From: Nitrospirota bacterium
GTDB lineage: Bacteria > Nitrospirota > Thermodesulfovibrionia > Thermodesulfovibrionales > UBA9159
Length of the DNA: 64,000 nt
Direction of reading: 5' to 3'
Assembly (NCBI GenBank): GCA_963699545.1
Contig: CAVOUE010000005.1
Span: 64,001-128,000 of the forward strand
The position numbers were made by a program, and so were the translations under genes. Of this stretch, positions 55,852 to 64,000 are shown piece by piece (position 1 is the first letter of the stretch; the number at the start of each line of letters is the position of its first letter). The notes beneath the pieces are model-generated. The model saw only the letters and a list, made by a program, of their open reading frames with translations, searched no databases and was not told the DNA's origin.

Positions 55852-58606
55852 GTGCCGTTCTTGACCTCCGCCATGCCTTCTCCAGTTCGACCGCAAAGAA
55901 TACCACAGATGACGCGGCAAGGGCGAGTGTCAATTCCCCCAGGGAAAGGGGCTGTGTCCTGAAGACAGGATTGAGCGCGGGTATATAGACCACAGCCATC
56001 TGGAAAAGGAAACTTACCACGACAGCACCGAGAAGCGGCTTGTTGGATGAAAGTCCTATGGTGAACAGTGATTCTCTTTCAGATCGTATGGCGAGAACGT
56101 TCCCCAGTTGGGTAAAGCACAGAACAGTGAATACCATGGTCTGCCAATGGACATTGCCGATCCTGATCGACCATGCCTGAATGAACAGGGCAATGCCTGC
56201 CATGAGCGTGCCCACCCAGAGGGCGTGTATCCAGAGCCCGCGGGCAAATATGCTCTCCTGCGGATGCCGCGGCGGCCTTTTCATCACGTCGCCTTCCGGT
56301 GGCTCCACGGCCAGGGCAAGGGCAGGAAGACCATCAGTCATAAGGTTTATCCAGAGGATGTGGATGGGGAGAAGGGGAATGGGCAGACCCACAAGAGGTG
56401 CAAGAAAGAGCGTCCATAGTTCCCCCGAATTTGTTGTGAGAAGGTATTTTACGAACTTCCTTATATTATCGTATATCCTCCTTCCCTCCTTCACCGCCTT
56501 TACAATGGTTGCAAAATTGTCATCGAGAAGTATCATATGAGCAACTTCCTTTGAAACATCTGTCCCTGTAATTCCCATTGCAATGCCGATATCGGCCCTC
56601 TTGAGCGCAGGCGCATCATTCACCCCGTCACCGGTCATTGCGACAAATTGTCCTCTGTCCTGCAGCGCTTTTACTATCTTCAGTTTCTGTTCAGGAGCCA
56701 CCCGTGCATAAACCCTGATGTGCTCGACCCGCTCTTTAAATTCCTCGACCGGCAATTCGGCGAGTTCCCTGCCGGTAATGATCGTTCGCTGGTCATCATC
56801 GAGGATCCCCAGTTTCCTCGCTATTGCCCGCGCTGTCAGGGGATGATCTCCTGTTATCATCACAGGCTTAATTCCTGCAGCCTTACACATTGAGACAGCT
56901 TCCCTGGCCTCTTCTCTCGGAGGGTCCATCAAACCTATGAGGCCCAGGAGAGTGATATCTGCCTCCACATTTTCTGCAGACATATCGTCAGGCAATGCAT
57001 CCCACTTCTTCATCGCAATGCCAAGTACCCTCAGACCATCAGCAGACATACGTTCATTGAGCCGGAGGATTTCCTCTTTATCAAGCGGCTTCAAACCTTC
57101 GGGGGTAAGCATTGACTCCGCCTTTTCGACCAGGACATCAACGGCACCTTTCGTGAAGGAGACGAATGAAAGGGTTTCGGAGGTGCCGGAAGACGGGAGT
57201 TCCGGCGAAAGACCTGAGTTTCGCCCTGAACCCATGATCCTTTCATCCCCTGACCACTTATGGAATGTGGTCATGCACTTTCTCTCGGAGTCGAACGGGA
57301 TTTCAGCCCTTCGCGGGAACTTGTTCTCGAGGGACTCTTTGTCAAAACCCGCGTCCTTAGCAACGGTATATATTGCATTCTCTGTAGGATCACCGATGAG
57401 ATTGCCTGAAGCGTCTGCCTGCGCATCATTGCTTAAGGCGAGAGCCGTCATCAAAGAATGGAACGGTAAATGGGTGTGACGCTGGATAAGTGAATCTGAA
57501 ATCGTCCTCTCTCCGTTTCCCCTTCTCTCCGTTTCACTCCGCATTGCTCCCCACTCCAAGCTCCGAACCAATTGACCGCCTACATAGATCTCTTCCACGG
57601 TCATTTTATTCAAGGTCAAGGTTCCTGTCTTATCGGAACAGATATACGTGACAGAACCGAGGGTTTCCACAGCAGGCAACTTTCTGATGAGCGCGTTCTG
57701 CCTTACCATCTTCCGCGCACCGAGGGCGAGCGCTACCGTTACTACCGCAGGCAAGGCCTCAGGAATGGCAGCTACCGCAAGGGAGATGGCAGTGAGGAGC
57801 ATCAGGAGCGCGGGTTCTCCTCTGACAACGCCGGCACCGAAGACAACGGCGCAGATGACCAGAACAGCAATCGCAAGTTTCTGCCCAAAGGAAGCAAGCC
57901 TCTTCTGGAGAGGCGTTGTTACGTCCTTTTCTGCCTGCAGCATTGCGGCAATTTTGCCGAGTTCTGTATCCATGCCTGTTGCCACAACAACACCTGTTCC
58001 CCGTCCATGGGTCACAAATGTTCCTCTGTATGCCATATTCTTCCTGTCACCAAGTGGTAACATTTCGTCATGTAATGGCTTTGTATGTTTCTCGACAGGC
58101 ACGGATTCACCGGTAAGGGCCGCCTCTTCCATCTTCAACTGCACTGCTTCAAGAAATCGTATGTCAGCAGGGACAACCCTCCCCGCCTCAAGCATCACGA
58201 TATCCCCCGGAACAAGGTCAGCTGCAGAAATATGCGCAGGGAGGCCGCCTCTCCTGACTGTCGCAGTCGGCGCAGCCATTTTCTTAAGAGCAGCCATCGC
58301 CTTTTCAGCCCTGTATTCCTGTATGAAGCCGACGACTGCGTTGAGGACAACGATTACGATTATTGCCAGTGTGTCCGATACCTCGCCTATGAACCCTGAG
58401 ATGACAGCAGCCGCAATCAGCACAAGAATCATGAAGTCTTTGAACTGATTGAGAAAAATCATGAGCGGGGTCTGCTTCTTTGTTTCCTTTAATTCATTGG
58501 GGCCGTGTTCGGCAAGCCTCCTGTGTGCCTCTTCCGTGGACAGGCCGTGAGGAAATGACCTCAGTTCGTGAATGACCTCGTTAGTTTCTCTCTGATGCCA
58601 GTGCAT
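55838..58606 (-). CDS. P-type IIA cation (Ca2+/Mn2+) transporting ATPase, YoaB-like
   Basis: TGES, PEAL, DKTGT, TGDH, GDGVND, TDGLPA; yybP-ykoY riboswitch upstream. Confidence 0.93.
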   Translation of the reverse strand: MHWHQRETNEVIHELRSFPHGLSTEEAHRRLAEHGPNELKETKKQTPLMIFLNQFKDFMILVLIAAAVISGFIGEVSDTLAIIVIVVLNAVVGFIQEYRAEKAMAALKKMAAPTATVRRGGLPAHISAADLVPGDIVMLEAGRVVPADIRFLEAVQLKMEEAALTGESVPVEKHTKPLHDEMLPLGDRKNMAYRGTFVTHGRGTGVVVATGMDTELGKIAAMLQAEKDVTTPLQKRLASFGQKLAIAVLVICAVVFGAGVVRGEPALLMLLTAISLAVAAIPEALPAVVTVALALGARKMVRQNALIRKLPAVETLGSVTYICSDKTGTLTLNKMTVEEIYVGGQLVRSLEWGAMRSETERRGNGERTISDSLIQRHTHLPFHSLMTALALSNDAQADASGNLIGDPTENAIYTVAKDAGFDKESLENKFPRRAEIPFDSERKCMTTFHKWSGDERIMGSGRNSGLSPELPSSGTSETLSFVSFTKGAVDVLVEKAESMLTPEGLKPLDKEEILRLNERMSADGLRVLGIAMKKWDALPDDMSAENVEADITLLGLIGLMDPPREEAREAVSMCKAAGIKPVMITGDHPLTARAIARKLGILDDDQRTIITGRELAELPVEEFKERVEHIRVYARVAPEQKLKIVKALQDRGQFVAMTGDGVNDAPALKRADIGIAMGITGTDVSKEVAHMILLDDNFATIVKAVKEGRRIYDNIRKFVKYLLTTNSGELWTLFLAPLVGLPIPLLPIHILWINLMTDGLPALALAVEPPEGDVMKRPPRHPQESIFARGLWIHALWVGTLMAGIALFIQAWSIRIGNVHWQTMVFTVLCFTQLGNVLAIRSERESLFTIGLSSNKPLLGAVVVSFLFQMAVVYIPALNPVFRTQPLSLGELTLALAASSVVFFAVELEKAWRRSRTAHEPA

Positions 58607-58814
58607 TCATACCCACCTTTTCAATAGAACACAAGGAGAACCCTGCCCCCGTTGCCGATACGATCTGTCCTCTCAACCACAAAGCACTGCGACGCGTGAA
58701 TACAACCGCACATAAAGAGTTCTTCCCAGATTTGCCGGTGAAAACGGAACATGTCCATTTTACCGTTATCATACCAGACCGCTCATTGCCAAGTCCTCAA
58801 GTTAATCCGCGAAC

Positions 58815-58862
58815 AAAAAAAGACCTTTTGCCACAACAATGCTTCCGTCGCAGCAAAGGTCT
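58815..58862 (-). terminator. Riboswitch expression-platform terminator
   Basis: AGACCTTTGC...GCAAAAGGTCT followed by T-run; 5' arm shared with aptamer P1. Confidence 0.75.
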
Positions 58863-58955
58863 TGCTTGTTAGGTTATCTAACCGGCGGTACCGGCCTATC
58901 CGCCTCACGCGAACAGACGTCCTGACGATAGCCGCTGATTCAGCTACTCCCCTTT
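58855..58955 (-). promoter_or_regulatory. yybP-ykoY (Mn2+-sensing) riboswitch
   Basis: AAAGGGGAGUAGC...CGUCAGGAC...CCGG...AGCAAGACCUUU, upstream of a P-type ATPase. Confidence 0.88.
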
Positions 58956-58964
58956 ACGCTTGTT

Positions 58965-58993
58965 ACTTTAGCGGGTTTTGCGGACAAAGTCAA
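58965..58993 (-). promoter_or_regulatory. Sigma70-type promoter of riboswitch/ATPase transcript
   Basis: TTGACT-17nt-TAAAGT ending about 10 nt before aptamer. Confidence 0.65.
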
Positions 58994-59056
58994 TGCGAGT
59001 AACACTCTATGATGCAGAACATATACTTCTCCGTATCCTGCCGTTAAGCTATTTTT

Positions 59057-59509
59057 GTGAAACCGACGGTGCCTGAGACAGGGAGCGTAATAAAACTTGA
59101 CAGGGATATGGCGGTGGTGCTGTTCCGCAGCGGGGAGTCCTGTAAAGGGTGCGGAGCCGCGGCCATCGGCCTTTGCAAAGCATCCGGCTTGACAGCAACG
59201 CTCACGGTGAGGAACACCAAGCATGCACTCATCGGGGACACGGTGACCGTAGCCCTGGATAAGAGTATTCAGAGAAAGGGCTTTCTCCTTGCCTATGGTA
59301 TCCCCATCGTTTTCTTTATCGCGGGCTCACTCCTGGGATATATCTTGAGCAGGCATTATGCGATCCCCTCCCTTGAGGTCATTACCGGCTTTGCCTCCCT
59401 TCTGTTATCAGGCGCATGGTCTCTCCGGAGGCTGAAGAGGCTCGACGGTGCGTCGCTGATGACGATCAAGGAGATCGTGTCCGATCACGCTTACGCCCGC
59501 GAAGACTGA
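59057..59509 (+). CDS. SoxR reducing system RseC family protein
   Basis: ETG.V, CxxC...C motif, GD.V.V, two C-terminal TM helices. Confidence 0.75.
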   Translation: MKPTVPETGSVIKLDRDMAVVLFRSGESCKGCGAAAIGLCKASGLTATLTVRNTKHALIGDTVTVALDKSIQRKGFLLAYGIPIVFFIAGSLLGYILSRHYAIPSLEVITGFASLLLSGAWSLRRLKRLDGASLMTIKEIVSDHAYARED

Positions 59510-60007
59510 GCTTGCCCTGTCAGTCGCGTGGTTTCCCCTTCCCGATGTTCAGCCTGGCAGTTGCAGCATCTGTGCAGTCTGCTTTGCCTCCTTCCCCTCA
59601 TGGAGGAACTTCTTCCTACTCAGCTGGATATTCGGACCAATTCGGAGGAAGTTCTGATTAACCTCGGACATCGCTGAAGCAGTGTAGACCCAATTCTCCT
59701 CAGAACTCCGCAGTGTCAGCTCCTTCCTGTACTCTAGCCTCAAGAGATATCGCCGCATAGTGCGTGTTAGTAATAATAATCTGTAATCGAAACCAAAGAC
59801 AATTTTGACAATGATATGGATCGCATTCTTAAATCAACAATTGATTTTCTCATCTCAAAGAAACGGTCTCAATCTGGCTGGCTATTGAATACGCCAGTGC
59901 AGAATCAGGTTCCCGACAATTGGCAATTTGCATTGACAATACATACCTCTTAGGTCTATATTGTGTCATCTAATGTGGCGTCTTAATTGATAAGCTATTT
60001 GGAAGCT

Positions 60008-60616
60008 ATGAAACAAACCGTGCTTATTTTCAGCATTGTCTTGATTTTTTTTATTCCTTTTCAAGCAGCAGGCCAAGAAAGAAAAAACTATCTTTCGATA
60101 AAATCAGGACTCTATACCTTCACTGGTGGGCTTAGAGAGGCTAACTTTGCCACCGGATTCGACGGGGAAATCGTCTATGGTCGTTATCTCACTCCCAATT
60201 GTGCCGTTGAGATCGGAACGGGTTATTTCCATGATGGGGTGTATAACTGGGTCTTTGCAAACGATATCAAAGGAATACCTGTTATGCTTACAGTAAAGGT
60301 TATTTACCCACTTCACCAAATCGAATTGTTTGCGGGTGGGGGTGGGGCCGTGTATTTCACAGAGCACCAAGGTTTTCTGGTAGATGCCGATGCGGCAAAG
60401 CACTTTAGTGATGGGGACGTTCATGACACTGCTCCTCATAGGAAGGCCACGGTTTTCGGAGGGCATTTCGTTGCCGGTGTAAATTATTCTTTCTCGCCTG
60501 CTTTTTTCTTCGGGATTGAAGGAAAATACATTATCACACAAGCGGCTAATTTCGAGATCTTCCATCCAACTCTGAACGGTTACACGGTAACAGGAAGTTT
60601 CGGATACAGGTTTTAA
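60008..60616 (+). CDS. Outer membrane beta-barrel protein (OmpA/OmpW-like membrane domain)
   Basis: Signal peptide, amphipathic strands, terminal GYRF; AT-rich; TTGACA-18-TATATT at 59933-59962. Confidence 0.78.
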   Translation: MKQTVLIFSIVLIFFIPFQAAGQERKNYLSIKSGLYTFTGGLREANFATGFDGEIVYGRYLTPNCAVEIGTGYFHDGVYNWVFANDIKGIPVMLTVKVIYPLHQIELFAGGGGAVYFTEHQGFLVDADAAKHFSDGDVHDTAPHRKATVFGGHFVAGVNYSFSPAFFFGIEGKYIITQAANFEIFHPTLNGYTVTGSFGYRF

Positions 60617-60736
60617 TAGAAAGGTCCCAAGAAAATACTATAGATTAGGATAGAATTTCCTCCTATTGAGAACGTTATGATACTCGTCAAATATACCGGT
60701 GACTCATAAGGGTTAAAGGCGATAAATACGCTTATC

Positions 60737-61096
60737 TTGCAAGCGGCATCGCGGGTTCTCCTGGCGCTTATTTTAGCGATTGGAGTACTGCGGGGAGACA
60801 AATCTGCATCTGATGGGAGAGGACTCAAGGAAGCATCCCTGAAGTTCATCTCAGGGATAAAAGAGGTCATAAGCGACAAACGGGTTGCAATTACTTCTGC
60901 AGTGGAAGGTCTTCAGAACATGACCATGGGCGCCCTGGAGGCCTTTCTGCCAATCTACGCAGTAAAGGTTGTCGCGGGAATTCTCCTTGCGAGATATGAC
61001 TACTTTCCCTCATTTCTGATCATGTCCTCGGCCCTCATTCTCGCAGTTCCCCTGTTTAGCTTCGGCGTTAAACTTGAACAAAAAGGAGTAGCGTAA
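60737..61096 (+). pseudogene. Relic of an MFS transporter (N-half lost, internal deletion)
   Basis: Central loop plus LEAFLPIYA (TM7-like) joined directly to the last TM; no RBS or ATG. Confidence 0.55.
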
Positions 61097-61163
61097 AGTC
61101 TGTTCGTAGAGTACGCTGTAAAGAGAAGATCCTGTGGGTATGAACGCGTAAAAGGAGGTTGTT

Positions 61164-62000
61164 ATGGATTGTGCTCAATTTTGTCCGATGGGAAAACTTG
61201 AGAAGTTACTGGTAGCCACCGATGGCTCTCAGTTCAGTGAGGGTGCGATCAGGGAAGCGATAAGCTTTGCGAAGAAATGTTCGAGCAAACTTTATGCCTT
61301 GTCCGTACTCGAAACAAACCCCGAATATGAGACCATCGGCTCCGACGTGTTCGAAAAGGAAGAGGCGGAAGTGAGACGTCACCTCGAATCCGTAAGGGCA
61401 AGGGCATCACAGGAAGGGGTTGACTGTGAGGCCATTTTCCTTCATGGTGCCGAGCCTCATCAGCAGATCGTGGACGAGGCCGCAGAGAAGAAAGTTGACA
61501 TGATCGTCATCGGCAGGCGCGGTCGCAAGGGGCTGGAGAAGCTCCTTATGGGGGAAGTTGCTTCAAAAGTCATCGCCCATGCGCCATGCAAGGTTTTGGT
61601 GGTTCCTCGGGCCGCGAAGATCGGCTACAGAACGATCCTGGTCGCCACTGACGGGTCTGAGCACAGCAATGCAGCGGCCAGAGAGGCCACCACCATTGCA
61701 AAGCGCTGCGGGAGCGGCATCATCGCGGTTTCGGCCGTACGGTCGGAGAGCGAGGATCAGGAGGCGCAGGCAAATCTGCACGGGGTTCGTGAGCTGGCTC
61801 AGAAAGAAGGAGTGCCCGTTGAGGCCCTTGCCCCTCTGGGCAGGTCCTACGAGGTGATCGTCGAGACTGCGGGCGGCAGGGGTGTGGACCTGATCGTCAT
61901 GGGAACGTATGGGAAAACAGGATTGAAGAGGTTCCTCATGGGAAGTTCAACGGAAAAGGTCATAGGCAATGCAGGCTGCGCAGTGCTTGTGGTGAAGTAG
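61164..62000 (+). CDS. Tandem-domain universal stress protein
   Basis: Two LVATDGS...IV(I/M)G..G...MG domains; AAGGAGG RBS. Confidence 0.92.
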   Translation: MDCAQFCPMGKLEKLLVATDGSQFSEGAIREAISFAKKCSSKLYALSVLETNPEYETIGSDVFEKEEAEVRRHLESVRARASQEGVDCEAIFLHGAEPHQQIVDEAAEKKVDMIVIGRRGRKGLEKLLMGEVASKVIAHAPCKVLVVPRAAKIGYRTILVATDGSEHSNAAAREATTIAKRCGSGIIAVSAVRSESEDQEAQANLHGVRELAQKEGVPVEALAPLGRSYEVIVETAGGRGVDLIVMGTYGKTGLKRFLMGSSTEKVIGNAGCAVLVVK

Positions 62001-62031
62001 AGGCGTCACAGGGACGGGCCAATCTCACCGG

Positions 62032-62700
62032 TCACTTCAGCAGCTTCAGGGCGTTTAACGCTTCTTGCCGTATCAGGGGGTCGGCATCATTGAAAGCGAC
62101 CTTTTTCATAAGGGGGATCGTATCGAGGTCGCCCATCTCCCCTAGCGCCCTTACTGCGCTCATCCTTACCGAAAAATGTTTGTCCCCGAGGGCGGAAATG
62201 AGGTAAGGAAGGGCCTCCCTTTCCCCGATCCTTCCCAGCGACTCTATCACAGCCTCTCTCAGATAGAGGGTATCTTCGTTCAGTCTATAGAGAAGGGCAT
62301 CCGCCACTCTCGGATCACCTTTAAAATTTCCCAGGGCAACAATCCCGTTCCATTTCAACGCCGGACATTCATTGGTGAAGAAGGCGTCGGTCACGACCTT
62401 GATCAGGAGATCCGTTGCCAGGGGATTGGCGATATCGCCCAGCAGCCGTATGGCAACGATCTGGAGTTTCCAGTCATCCCTCCGCTCCTCCACGATCCTC
62501 ATGAGGGCGTACACCGTTTGATCGTCAGAGGACCTCCTCAGCTTGTCGACGGCTGATGAATGTTCCAGGGGATTTGCACTCTCAAGTTTTGCGATAAGTG
62601 CCTCGCGCTCTCCGGCCTCAGCGGGACCATACAACAAAACGACAATGAGAGACAAAAAACACATCTCAAGCACTCGTGTCAACAGCCCGCATTTCGTCAT
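62032..62700 (-). CDS. Exported HEAT/PBS-lyase repeat protein
   Basis: Signal peptide; repeats of VR..A..ALG type. Confidence 0.8.
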   Translation of the reverse strand: MTKCGLLTRVLEMCFLSLIVVLLYGPAEAGEREALIAKLESANPLEHSSAVDKLRRSSDDQTVYALMRIVEERRDDWKLQIVAIRLLGDIANPLATDLLIKVVTDAFFTNECPALKWNGIVALGNFKGDPRVADALLYRLNEDTLYLREAVIESLGRIGEREALPYLISALGDKHFSVRMSAVRALGEMGDLDTIPLMKKVAFNDADPLIRQEALNALKLLK

Positions 62701-63341
62701 TCCACAACTCCTCCTTCGTGGGAGATGCGCATCACATTCTTGAACCTCTTCAGGCGGTAGTAGGTCTCCCTCTCCCGCTCGCCGATATACTGCGCAATGC
62801 CCTTTATCTGCCCCCTCAGCTCAGGCAGTATCCTCTCTTCCAGAACCCTTATCCTCCTTGTGGTCTTCAGAATCTCCTCGCCTAGCCTCTTGAGTTTGCT
62901 TTCGAAGGTCGCGATCTCTATCATGGACTCCACGATCTTCTCAAAGAGCGCGATACACTCTTCAAGGTGCGGCGTGGTCGAGAGATAGTCGTAGCCTCTC
63001 TCCCCGGGGGTTCTGAGGGGCGTCTCATGCATGATTACGTCCCTGTACTTCAGCCCCCAGATACTCCTTTCCCTGATCTCGACGCCCATCTCCTTTTTTG
63101 TCACCATGGACAGGGATTCAATGCTCTCCCTGCCCTCGTGACCAAAACTGAGGGCAAGCTCCCCCATGGCCTTGCCATAGGCATTCCTGATGTCCTTACG
63201 CGTCCTCAGGAACGGCAGGGTCGTAGAGAGGAACTCCCTTATCAGCGCCTGCCTTCTCGCCCTGAGGATGCCGACACTGTTGTTTACCGACAGCGCTTTT
63301 TCCTTGAGGAGCAACAGGTTCGTCCTGGTGGGATGTATCAT
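62697..63341 (-). CDS. V-type ATP synthase subunit D
   Basis: PTR.NLL.LK, long coiled coil, TTRRIRVLEE..LP, ERERE..RLKR. Confidence 0.88.
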   Translation of the reverse strand: MIHPTRTNLLLLKEKALSVNNSVGILRARRQALIREFLSTTLPFLRTRKDIRNAYGKAMGELALSFGHEGRESIESLSMVTKKEMGVEIRERSIWGLKYRDVIMHETPLRTPGERGYDYLSTTPHLEECIALFEKIVESMIEIATFESKLKRLGEEILKTTRRIRVLEERILPELRGQIKGIAQYIGERERETYYRLKRFKNVMRISHEGGVVE

Positions 63342-64000
63342 TTCTGACCACCCTCGACGGGGTTCAAAAGGTCCATCACTCTCCTGAGGAGGGATTCCTT
63401 GTCGTAAAGACGCGGTCCTTTTTCGAATTCCCCGTGAAGGTCCTTTCTCTCTTCCCCGGCAAAACCGCGGGTTGTGAGCTTCGAAAAGACATTGGGCACA
63501 TCCACGAACCTCGATACCTTGTTGAACTGCGTGATGCCCCCTCTGAACCCCTCATGGTGCAGGGAGAGAACGAGGTGGTTTTTTGCCCTCGTGACCGCTA
63601 CGTAAAAAAGACGCTGCTCCTCTTCGATCTCATCTTTGTGGTCCAGGGAAAAAGCAACGGGCAGCACGCCGTCCATAAGGCCGATGAGGAAGACGCAGTC
63701 CCATTCAAGGCCCTTGGCAGAATGGATGGTGGACAGGGTCAGGGGCTTTTCTTCATCCGGGGTGGACGGCTCAACCCTCCATACCCCCCTTTCCGGCGGT
63801 TCCACAGCAAAGTCCTCAAGAAGGTCTTCCAGTGACCGGTACCTCATCGATATCTGCCGGAGGGTCTCCAGGTCATTGAGTCTGAAATGCCAGTCGTCAA
63901 ACCGGTCCCTCAGCAGCGGAACATAATAATCGACCACGAGACCGAACTGCTCGCCCGCATTTAGGGTTTCCCCGCGCACGGCCCTGAGAAGGGCAGCGAG
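63338..64000 (-). CDS. UvrD/Rep-family ATP-dependent helicase, C-terminal part (5' end beyond window)
   Basis: STIHSAKGLEW (motif V), EEQRLFYVAVTRAK (motif VI), SRF. Confidence 0.88.
   Translation of the reverse strand, partial: LAALLRAVRGETLNAGEQFGLVVDYYVPLLRDRFDDWHFRLNDLETLRQISMRYRSLEDLLEDFAVEPPERGVWRVEPSTPDEEKPLTLSTIHSAKGLEWDCVFLIGLMDGVLPVAFSLDHKDEIEEEQRLFYVAVTRAKNHLVLSLHHEGFRGGITQFNKVSRFVDVPNVFSKLTTRGFAGEERKDLHGEFEKGPRLYDKESLLRRVMDLLNPVEGGQK

Noticed and set aside
59549-59758. 69-aa minus-strand ORF
   Set aside because: No RBS or motif; likely junction debris at the edge of the AT-rich block

Overview
Bacterial chromosomal segment made up mostly of housekeeping and metabolic genes. Gene content and protein style suggest an anaerobic Nitrospirota (Thermodesulfovibrionia-like) or a similar lineage; this is inference only. 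In order it holds a cytochrome P460-family gene and pfpI; a canonical 28-bp XerC/D dif-like site (3854-3881) preceded by two degenerate Xer-like sites (2099, 2886) that bracket two single-gene modules, one encoding a HEPN-motif protein; purM-M23-bactofilin-miaB-mtaB; guaB-guaA-ispA-dxs; a thiolase/ACAD/hbd/crotonase cluster; an AT-rich CPBP cassette bounded by inverted repeats; tlyA; ornithine/lysine decarboxylase-speE; CIRCE-hrcA-grpE-dnaK-dnaJ-rsmE; lgt; an SBP/histidine kinase/response regulator cluster; a peptidoglycan/glycan hydrolase operon; dusB, maf, gpsA and larB; a P-type ATPase under a yybP-ykoY (Mn2+) riboswitch; an AT-rich OMP insertion beside an MFS relic; a USP; and an isolated V-ATPase subunit D downstream of a UvrD-type helicase. 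About 14 single-base indels split 10 genes, including dnaK, and are most likely sequencing errors. The most notable signals are the Xer-site-delimited module array at dif, the IR-bounded CPBP cassette, and short-period palindromic repeats that sit both between genes and in-frame inside proteins. No rRNA, tRNA, CRISPR array or intact transposase/integrase was recognised.
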